Program-made: the position numbers and the translations under genes
The notes under the pieces: model-generated
What the model saw: the letters and a program-made list of their open reading frames with translations, nothing else
Databases searched by the model: none
Told to the model about the DNA's origin: nothing
NCBI RefSeq assembly: GCF_016432865.1
Contig: NC_067399.1
Coordinates: forward strand, 498,542,001 to 498,606,000
Direction of reading: 5' to 3'
DNA: 64,000 bases
Source of the DNA: Antechinus flavipes
Taxonomy: Eukaryota
Shown: positions 42,301-64,000 of the stretch, one piece after another
How the letters are laid out: each line of letters starts with the position of its first letter
Numbering within the stretch: position 1 is the first letter of the stretch

Positions 42301-43815
42301 GTGATGGCCAAAACTGTCCTGGAGCGGGCGATGCAGAACCAGTTCCAGAGTACCCGGGATGTCCTGGGGTTAGCTTCAACCCTGGGGAGTTACCCAAAGG
42401 GCAAGGCTAGAGGGGGAAGGAGGTGGTGTAAAGTGGAGGAGGCTAGGAATTGGGTTTCCTGGGGGAGAAAATGGGGTCTTGAGCTCACTATTAGACATTT
42501 TGGGGACATCTATAAAATGAATTAGCAGGGCTAATCCCAACATCGTCTATGTTTAGGTAAAATCTGGTCCAAACTCATGCCCAGGCTAATCTTGAGTGGG
42601 CAAGAGGCAGCCAGTAAATTCTGATGAATGTCACTTCTTCCTGCAGACTCCTGACCAAGAGTTCTTCCAGGGAGGATGCTACGGGGCCATGTCCTAAGAC
42701 GGAAGAAGCGGACCTCCAGGAGGATGTTTCTAGGATTTCCACAGCAGAGACCCAGGCAGAGGTGGAAGACTTTGCTCCCTGGGACCTCACACCTTACAGA
42801 TTTCAGGCCTTGGGAGGGAGGATGACCTTTGTTTCCCAGTTCCATCATTCATCTAGGATTGGGTTGGTAGGGGTGTTGATAACACTCCACTAACATCCCG
42901 CTCTCTTACCTAGTCATGGTGTGGATGTGACATGGGCTCTCTGAGGCTGAGTCTGGCAGGATCTGCCAAACTGGAAAGATTTCAGTAGAGGCCCAGCAGC
43001 AGCCTGTCTGCCTGTCATCCAAGGACTGGTCTAGTTTACATTTCTAACAGCTCAACTACCAGCTAACATATAGGGCATTTTCAAAATCATTGCATCTATT
43101 AAGTCACAGTGGATTATCAAGTCACAATTTTATGCCCTTAGTTTAAACTCCACCTGCTTAGGGAGACGTTAAGCACACACGGTTGCAGAACTGGAGATCC
43201 TTGACAGACACATTGAGAAGAGGGTGGCCAGAATAAGGAAAGCCTAAAAACAAACAAAAATCCACCATCTGGGATTGATGTGAAAAAGAGAGGACTTGGC
43301 TGGGGATGTAGTGGGGAGACCTTCAAATATCTGAGGACTGTCACATGGGAGTATGGAGCTTACTCCAGGGCCCATGTGTGAAAGTTGTAGGGAAGCTAAG
43401 GAAGAACTTCCAAATCACATGTTAACAGTGGGGAATGAGGGCCTGCCATCTGGCAGAGGCTGGACTCCTCCCTGCTTTGGGGAAGAGGGTTATGGGACTA
43501 GTTGGTCTTCCAGCTAAGACTCTGTGGTTCTTTAAGGATGAGCATTTGATGGAGGACAGCCTAAAGCAAGCAGTAAGTCAAGAAGTAAGTCAAGAAGTGA
43601 ATCAAGAAGTGAGTCAAGAAGTGAGCCAAGAAGTGAGCCAAGAAGAGAGCCAAGAAGAGAGCCAAGAAGGGATCCAAGAAGGGATCCAAGAAGGGATCCA
43701 AGAAGTGAGCCAAGAAGTGAGTCAAGAAGTGAGTCAAGAAGTGAGCCAAGAAGTGAGTCAAGAGGAGGAAGCTGGAAGCTCCCCAATGGACCAAGCTTCT
43801 CTAGGTAAGCCCTGA
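29943..43815 (+). CDS. TTC16: Tetratricopeptide repeat protein 16; 5' start and final exon(s) uncertain
   Basis: Exons 29933/ATG 29943-30085, 30476-30566, 31004-31147, 31544-31644, 31748-31874, 33552-33766, 37290-37540, 38861-39002, 41569-41734, 42232-42368, then probable 42647-42761 and 43537-43804 (donor GTAAGC; read-through stop at 43813-43815). TPR peptides RAEAFLQLCDFASAAQNLRKA, QAQRQLLLTYNDF, YINRGDCFF and IFGARQDV match TTC16. The last two exons are inferred from phase only. Confidence 0.9.
33340..33396. repeat. (TA)n(CA)n(TA)n microsatellite
   Basis: Directly visible. Confidence 0.9.
33835..34085 (+). mobile_element. MAR1-type SINE that hosts the L1 insertion at its 3' tail
   Basis: gagtcaggaagatgagttcaaatc..gggcaaatcacttaa..ctttgccaagaaaa..gaaaacaactgaatg. 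Confidence 0.75.
34086..35104 (+). mobile_element. 5'-truncated LINE-1 (ORF2 C-terminus, 3'UTR and poly-A) with a 15-bp target-site duplication
   Basis: ORF2 Cys-rich end CWRGCGKTGTLIHCWWNC (ORF 34233-34706, one upstream TAG), A-rich tail, perfect TSD GAAAACAACTGAATG at 34071-34085 and 35105-35119. Confidence 0.95.
35403..35890 (-). mobile_element. LINE-1 3' end (about 440 bp) with a (TTTA/TTCA)n-degraded tail, same subfamily as 34086-35104
   Basis: Its reverse complement aligns by eye, roughly 90%, to 34635-35068. Confidence 0.92.
36070..36435 (-). mobile_element. Older marsupial LINE-1 3'UTR fragment
   Basis: Resembles the reverse strand of marsupial L1 3' ends (ttttgagttccagattctctccc..gtttggatcattgtactgctg). 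Confidence 0.6.
40229..40375 (-). mobile_element. WSINE1-type tRNA-derived SINE
   Basis: Poly-T, then gctgaggcaattggggttaagtgacttgccc..tttgaactcagg..ctatccactg..ctagctgctccc. Confidence 0.9.
40673..40771 (-). mobile_element. About 100-bp LINE-1 3' terminus with a 15-bp TSD
   Basis: L1 tail sequence; TTAAGGTGTTAACTT at 40658-40672 and 40772-40786. Confidence 0.85.
40995..41210 (+). mobile_element. LINE-1 3'UTR fragment
   Basis: Similar to 12985-13160 (cagcatgataa..gtgaatgttgaaaactatc..aataagaagctatt). Confidence 0.8.
43576..43767 (+). repeat. Coding minisatellite, 16 x 12 bp (consensus AGYCAAGAAGTG), encoding (SQEV)n in the TTC16 tail
   Basis: Units counted directly: SQEV SQEV NQEV SQEV SQEV SQEE SQEE SQEG IQEG IQEG IQEV SQEV SQEV SQEV SQEV SQEE. 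Confidence 0.95.
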
Positions 43816-45195
43816 GTTGAGGTCTTTTTCACTAGGAGGGGGACAATGAGCCCTGGCTGCCCCTGCAGATGAGTCACTAGTTCTCTCCAGGCCTGTTTCC
43901 CTATTTGTAACAACTGCACTTATGTGCATGGATAGCTCTGAAAGGTGGATGTAGCCCTTCCATCACCACGAGCCTTTCTGCCCATAACCAGGCTGCCTCA
44001 GGCACATTGTTTGCCCCCAGGCTTGTACTTGACCCACCAAAGCATATGGTCAGTGGACCCTTGGCACAATCTCGAGTGCCCAGGGACACCCCCAGATTAT
44101 AGTTGGACAAGAAATGGAGACTAGTAGAGCCCGATTGGCTCTATGCATGACGCACTGCAGGTGGTGAGGCTTTTTGATACATGCTGCCTTGTTTGTCCTC
44201 ACAGTAATTTTGTGGGAGGCCAGGGAGGGGTTCTTACCCCATTCTACAGATTAAGAAATTTAGGTCCAGAGAAGGAAGATAATCCCAGGTCCAGTGCGGT
44301 CTCCACTGTACCTCACTGTCCCACAAGAAAAGGGGCAGCTGAGGACACCACCAGGGAAACCAGGCTCCCTGGGCCCCCGTTTCCTCATCTAGAAAATGTG
44401 ACCATAAGACTAAATGGTGTCCGAAAGCTCTTCTAACTCAATCTACAGCCCTCTAAGGTAAGTGCTGCCAGTGTTCTTTGCCTGACGTTGGTGGAAACAG
44501 CCTCAGAGTGGTGAAGGGCTGGTCAAGTTTCAGAAGGAGAATTAGACCCCAGTAAGCCTCCTGATTCCAAAGCTGGAGAGCGCGCTGTGGGAGGCTGGCC
44601 TGGACCAGTGTCCAGATTTTGAGCTGGCAGCAGGAACTCCTGGGTTTTCCTCTAAGCCCTCCTCCTCAACTTATGGTGGGAATTCCTGGAATTCATCTCT
44701 TCAGTCAAGTAGGGAAAATCAGGTTTGAATGAGCCTTAGCACCAAACAGAAACCTCTCCCTCTCAGGGACTAAGTGGACCACCAAGAAGAGGTAGGCCTC
44801 CTTCACTTGAATGTACTTTAATGTCTTTCTAGGGCAGACATCTTCCTTGGAGGCCAAGATTGCCGACCCAGACCAAAGTGAAAGCAAAACCACAGTGGTC
44901 TTTTCCTGAACAAGTGGGTGATAGCCTTGGCTTCTTTCTTCCTCAACCCTAATGGGGGGGGGGGGGGGCTCCGTCCATATTCACCTTTGCATTTTGGAAG
45001 GAAAGGGGCAGGTCTGTGAGATAGACCTCTTGATGCTGAATGAAATCCCTCAGCTCCTTTTGCCCTGGGCCTCCACCTGCCCTGGGCCTTCGCCATCTCC
45101 ATACCCCATCAGTCCTTGGCCCTTAACCTCCTTTCTTGATAGATCCAAGGTTTCTTTAGAACAAAAATGCCTACACATGCTTTCCTTGGTCCCTT

Positions 45196-45209
45196 AAATA
45201 AATTTATTT
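45196..45209. terminator. Palindromic double poly(A) signal shared by convergent TTC16 (+) and TOR2A (-)
   Basis: AAATAAATTTATTT gives AATAAA on + (45197-45202) and on - (45208-45203), with T-rich sequence downstream on each strand. Confidence 0.6.
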
Positions 45210-45933
45210 TGTATCTTCCCCTCTTTTCTTCATTTTTTTGTAATTTTGTAATTTTTTAAATTTTCATTTTGTAATTTTGTAATTAAAATCATTTAAAGCA
45301 GGTCCTGTTAAAGAGCAAAGTTTGCTGGACTGAGGCAGCCCAAGAATATCTCTTTGTGCCTGCTGGGATGAGAAGCTAGGAAGACTGGAAGGGGGGAAGG
45401 TGGAAAGGGGTTTGAGTGTAGGTGGGGGAAGTTGATCTCTTCAGGAGATTGGAGAGGAAAAGGTGAGCCTCAAAGGGGATATATGGATACTGCAAAGCCT
45501 CTAATCAGGGTAGGGAAGATGACTGACAGATGTGATCCCTGAGTCACTGTCACAGCATCAATTTAAATAAGGCTCAGAATTAGGTTGGGGAAAAGGGAAT
45601 TGGACTTGGCTCAGATGAAGTTGTGTTTTGGCTAGGAGCTTTGGGCCCGGTTGGGGAGGGCAGAAAGGCAATGAAGACCAGAATCCAAATCTTCACCCAC
45701 CTCTGCCACTAACAGTGGGGAAGATACTCCATGCGGCAGAACTCAGAACTGCCAGCCTGCCCTTAATCCTCTGCTCCTTGGGCTACCAGGCCAGCCCTGT
45801 TTACACTTTCCAGAAGCCCTGGGGCAAAGGTCATTCTGCCAGCAGCAAGTCTAGACCAAAGCTCCCAGGCAGACTCCCCTGATGATCTGAAGAGCGGGGG
45901 TGAGTCAGTGGGAAAGGAGTTGCCCCTGCTCAC

Positions 45934-51720
<5,787 letters not shown>

Positions 51721-53079
51721 CAACTGTTTCCCAGCAAGTCACTTAATCTCAACCTGCGTTTCCTCAGATTTAAATGGGGATAATAATTGCCCTTCCAAGA
51801 CTTGTTGTGAGAATCAAATGAGTTAATATTTGTATAGTTGTTTCTAGGAGCTAGAAAAACACAATTCAAATAACTTGGGGCCACAGTCAGGATCACACAA
51901 GACGTACCAGCTTCCACCTTACAGGAACCAAGGGCTTGGAACAAGATATTATGGAAGACAAAGGAGCTAGGATTACAACCCAGAATCTCCTACCTTGCAA
52001 AACAGACTATAGTTCTTCAGGAGGAAAAAATAGTGAAAAGAGGACTTTCGAGCATTCCTGATGAAAACAGCCGGGTTCAATTTTAACAAATTTTGGCCTT
52101 CTTTGACAAAATTCAAAAAAAGCATAAAAAGACAAAAAAAAAAAAGGGAGAACTCATAAGGGACTCAGAAAGGTGAAACTGTTTACAATCCTCCATGGGA
52201 AGATGACAGGGATAACTCCTAAGAACTTAATTGTTATTCGGGTGGTTGGAAGGATTCTACATAGAGGGCATGAGTATGAGTCAGTTATATTGGGATGATC
52301 TCCAAAAAGTGCTTATTCCCTCTTACCCTTATCCCCACCCCTCCCCAACACCTGAAGAATTGTAATTGTGTTCAGTTTTGGAGACTGTAGTTTAAGAAGG
52401 ACGGTGATAAACTGGAGAGATAGGTTCAGAGGAAGGTGATACTGATAGTTAAGAGCCTTGAGTCTCATGAAAGTACTGGTGTTTAGCCTAGATAAGTGAG
52501 GTTTGATGAGGAAGGACATATCAACTGTCTTTAATACTTGAAAAGGCAAATGGAAACGGGTTAGGTTTGTTTTGTTGGGACCCAGTGAACAGTCAGAAGC
52601 AATCCATGGAAGTGGCAAAGAAGTGAATTTAGACTTGATGTCACGAAAGACCTTTTAGTTATTAGAACTGTCCCAGAGTCCAATGGGCTGCCTTGGGAGG
52701 TGGTAGGTTCCTGTTAAAGTTCTTCCAAGATGTGAGTTAACCATTCATCTGCTATTATACTGAGCATTCCTTTCTAATATAGGATAGTTTTGAAGGCTGC
52801 TGAGATTCCTTCCATGGCTAAAATTCTGTGATTCTGGTTCATATTCTTTAAATTGAACAATGTCAAAAATATCAATTTAGAAGCAGCCACAGACCTCTGG
52901 GGACTGGTCAGTTTCAACCTCTTCCCCAGGGACTTTTCAGACTGCATTCAATGCTCTCCATAGTCTACTAACTCAGTCCTACCTGCTTCTCTAGCCATAT
53001 GTAGAATTCTAAAATTCAGAGTCCTAATTGATCACCTTGGTAGGTAGAGAATGGAGCAGAGGGAAAGGATACTGAATTC

Positions 53080-54165
53080 AAATCCTCTTTCTACTACTTT
53101 GCATCTATATCAGTCACTTAGCTTCCCCAAGGCTCTATTCTGGGCCCTTTTCCTTTTTTTGATACATTTTCTTTTCATTTATCCTTATCAGCTTCCATAA
53201 AGATCATGTCTTTGTAAAGGATTACTAAATCTATGTATCCTGCCTCATTCTCTCCTAAGTGTCAAAGCCACACCACTCATAATCTACTGGACATTTCAAA
53301 CCAGATGTCTGGTGGGATTGCAACATCAAGATATCCAAAACAGAGCCCATTATCTTTCTACCCAAATCCATTGCTCTTTCACATCCCCCTATTTCAAGAA
53401 CACTTCCTATTGAGGTTCACAAATTTGCTATCATTTTTGACTCCTCACGCTCCCTTAGCAGTATCTGATCAATGACAATATCTTGTTTCTGTCTCCACAT
53501 CTATTGCATGTATATCATTCTTCCTACTCACAAGCCCGCAGCACTAGTCAGGCCCTTATCACTTTCCACTTCGGCTATTGTGAGATCTTCCTTGTTTGGT
53601 TTTCTTGTCCCCAGTCTCTCTCCAACTCCACTTCATCTTTCACACATCCACCAAAGTGATTTTTCTGTTCCCTCCTTTGACAATCTCAACTCGCTCAATT
53701 CCAGCACCTCCCTATATTCTATTAGCTTTAGAATCTAATGTCAACTCCTTTCTTGGGCATTCCAAGCTCTTCCCAAGATAGCCCTTTCCTTCTTTACCAC
53801 CGTCCACAGTCTAGCCATGCTGACCTACTCAGGCAATGTTGCAATTGTGTGTGAGGAGCACATCTCTGTGGCTTGATACTGCCCATTTCCCATGCCTGAA
53901 ATGCTCTTCTCATCTGAACTTCTTGGAATTCCTAGTTTCCTTTGAAGCAGCTTCTGCTGAAGGCCTTATCATGTCTCTGCTAGTACCTTCCTATCCAGTT
54001 ACCTTGTATTTGCTTTGTCTCATATATACCTACGTAAATTAATGTTGTCTTCCCATTAGAATGTAAGCACCTTAAGATTAGAGACCATGTTACTTTTTTG
54101 TCTGAATTCCAGCCCTTACCACAGTCCTGACATTTAATGCTTATGTGTTTCTTGTTTGTTGATTA
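53080..54165 (+). mobile_element. LINE-2 fragment, about 1 kb
   Basis: Typical L2 3' region (ctactggacatttcaaacc..ccaaagtgatttt..agaatgtaagc..cttaccacagtcctg). Confidence 0.75.
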
Positions 54166-54843
54166 ATTTCCTTATCTGTAAGATGAGTGGATTCTACTTA
54201 GGTGATCTCCAAAGTGCCTTCTGTCCACTTCACTTTCTCCATTTTTCTTGTCCTTTGCTTAGGTCATGGGCCTGCCAATAGGTCCCATGGGTGTTTCTCA
54301 GTCCCCTTGGTGACTGAGCCCTGAGCAGTCAGTCTTCTTCTTCTCAAGGCCCTCAGGACTTAGTATAATGGGGCAGAGCACATATTGCCCTTAGAGGACC
54401 AGAAAAATGATCCAAGCTGTTACTTGGCCAGAATAAAATTTCATTTAGAAAGTGTGAAGTAACTAATAAAGAGAAAATAAGCCATGGTGTCTTAAAAAAA
54501 AAAAAAAAGAAGAAGAAGAAGAAGAAGCACTGAGTTCAAGGGCAGAAAACCTGGTTTTGAATCCTACTACTTACTTCCTGTTTGACTGTGGACAGATCAG
54601 GTCCCTTCCTTTGGGTCTCAACTTCCCCATCAGTAAACTGAGATTGAATTAGATCATCTCCTATTATAAAAGATGGTCTCCTCTGAAAGGTTTTGTTCAG
54701 CTCTAAATTCTAGATACAAACAGTCTATCTTTATCTCTCTGTATCTAACATTTATAATATGAAACTTAGCTATATGAAGTTTTTCATATAGCTAAATTAT
54801 ATAAAATAAACATTCCTTCTGCAGAAATGGGTTTAAAGTAATG

Positions 54844-54891
54844 TTAAAATTGTTTTTACATGTAATTGGGGAAAGATAACAAAATAAAAGA
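54844..54891 (+). mobile_element. 48-bp minimal LINE-1 tail insertion with a 21-bp TSD
   Basis: Insert ttaaaattgtttttacatgtaattgggg..aaaataaaag is flanked by AGAAATGGGTTTAAAGTAATG at 54823-54843 and 54892-54912. Confidence 0.75.
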
Positions 54892-55633
54892 AGAAATGGG
54901 TTTAAAGTAATGAGGGGCAGGAGATTTATTAGAAAGAATAATAGGATCAATAAGAACAGATTACAAGAAAAGATCAGAAAGCATCCCTTCCCTATGAGGG
55001 AAGATTCTTCTATACAGAGTCCTTAAGTAGAAGGGGGCCAAGTGTATTCGAGTCCAAGTAATAAACTCCCTGTCTCTATCTTTGTCTGGTAACTTTCAGT
55101 GATTTTAGGATCACAGAAGCATAGATTTAGAGCTGAAAAGAACTTTAGGGGCTATCTAATCAAATCCCTTGGTTGTACAGATGAGAAAAATGAGGCCCAG
55201 AGAGAGTCTACCTTTCCCACACTGGGCAAGTAGCAAGCTGGGCGCTGAGCTAGGATGTGAACCAAAGCCTTCTGACCACAAATCCAAAGTGTTTTCTGCT
55301 GTACCATGGATTTCTCCCAACTTGTAAAATAGAAGCATTACAACATCTTCCTTTGAAGATCAAAATCAGTTCCACCCTTTCCCAGGGCCTTCTTGGCTCG
55401 AGTCCCAAGGAATTATTGGACTCGAGACCAAATCAATAACCAGTAGGCACTTAATGCACCCCAACCAAATGGATTTGGAGGACCAATGACCACAAGTAAC
55501 CTCTCTGGTGCTGGCAGACCCCACTACCCAAGAAGCTGCAGGTGAGAGGAAGCTGTTTGAGTTTGACCACTGTCCAAGGAAAAGAACTTCTTTTCCCCAG
55601 GCCCCAAGGAAAGATGAAGAAGATCCAGAAAGG

Positions 55634-55639
55634 TTTATT
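55634..55639 (-). terminator. Probable SH2D3C poly(A) signal
   Basis: AATAAA on the minus strand about 650 nt after the stop codon, preceded by TGTA elements. Confidence 0.6.
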
Positions 55640-56287
55640 GTATGAAAGAAAGAACATAACATCTGTACATCTATTTACAACATGAACTGGACTTATTTAC
55701 AGCAAAATTAAGTCTCTTCCCAGCAGAGGAAGAAGAGAGGGAGGGAAATAGAGACCCAGAGTCAAGAATAAAAGGCCTCCAGTGGAAGTGTAGGGGACCA
55801 GGGGTGGGGAAAAATTGAAGGAGAAATAAGGAAAGGAGTGAAGGGAAGGGGCTCTGGGGCCTTCCTCTCAGGAGGCCCACCAAACGCGTAAGGGGAAAAC
55901 CAGGGGAGTAGGTTGGGAGCAATGTCAAGGACCATCACAGGGGCTCAGGGAAGCTGGGAAAAACACCAGAGGAGAGGCTAGGAGGTATTCCTTGAACAGT
56001 GTCGGTCAGGGGTACCAGGGAGGGAATAAGGGCTTAAGTGGGGGACTGTCCTGGGCACTACGGCCCTTTCCAAGTCCCAAAGGCTCTAATAACCCCATGT
56101 CCCTCAGATGGATGCCTCCAGTGTGTATTTGGACAGTCTGGCTGCTCTTTGTATTGCGAGGGTTTTGGTTTGTGTTGGGCCCCAGGCCTGCAGGGGATAA
56201 ACTGTCTCTTCCCTTTTCTCCTGCCCCCAAATGCTGCCTGCAGCCATGAGGGTGGGGAGGATCGGGGTGATGGGGCACACGGGAAGG

Positions 56288-63473
<7,186 letters not shown>

Positions 63474-64000
63474 CTGCAGATTGGAAAAGAGCAGAGAACT
63501 CCCTCAGTTCAGTGCCTGCTCACCTGGGAGCCCCCCACCATTGGCCAGTCCCACTTCTTGTGCTCCTGTCCCGGGTCCCTTCCCCACCCTGCCCCCTGCT
63601 TCTGTTGCCCATGCTTCCAGTCCAGGTTTCCTAGCCCTACGATGTCTTCCTTTCCCCATATCCCCCTCCTCTATCCTGAACTTATCATCCTGATGAGACC
63701 AGTGGAACAAAGCATGTCAACAGCCGATTCCTCCCCTCCCTCCTCAGGGAAACCCCCTTTCTAGGATCAGGCTGCAAGGTTTCTCCCTGATCATGTGCCT
63801 GAATTTCTATTTCTCAGAATGATCCTAATTGACATAATCCCTTTATCCCTCCCTTTCTTCCCTTTCCTTAACCCCTCACCCACAGAAGCTCTCTCTGAAA
63901 CTGGCCTAGTTAACATAGAGTTTTTAACCCCTGAGTGTGTCTGGCTTTCTCTTTGGAGAACAAAACCAGAGCCCTTCCAGGGGAGGTACATGGTGAGAAG

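Noticed and set aside
43532-43794. Antisense ORFs (LLGS)n and (HFLT)n
   Set aside because: They are reverse-strand shadows of the 12-bp repeat, which lacks stops in several frames; there are no splice or promoter features.

Overview
Eukaryotic, intron-containing DNA from a marsupial, most likely a dasyurid (inferred from WSINE1/MAR1-type SINEs and marsupial L1 3' ends). The window is syntenic to the human 9q34.11 block CFAP157-PTRH1-TTC16-TOR2A-SH2D3C. I rebuilt the exon chains by hand from splice sites and reading phase. The main surprise is TWO complete, intact 9-exon CFAP157 genes in tandem on the + strand (597-9207, 522 aa; 15270-24022, 551 aa), where human has one. They share promoter X-box half-sites and intron-1 sequence. 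Their proteins have diverged unevenly (72% identity in exon 2, 36% in exon 4) and appear to have kept complementary halves of the ancestral C-terminal motif. They are followed by PTRH1 (-), TTC16 (+, with a 16x12-bp coding minisatellite encoding SQEV repeats), TOR2A (-) and the last 7 coding exons of SH2D3C (-). Other points: overlapping 3' ends with embedded or palindromic poly(A) signals, a duplicated PTRH1 3' end inside its own intron, an inverted pair of L1 3' ends in a TTC16 intron, and a degenerate salusin frame in TOR2A. All comparisons to human proteins are from memory and need database confirmation; repeat family names are approximate; no alignments or searches were run.
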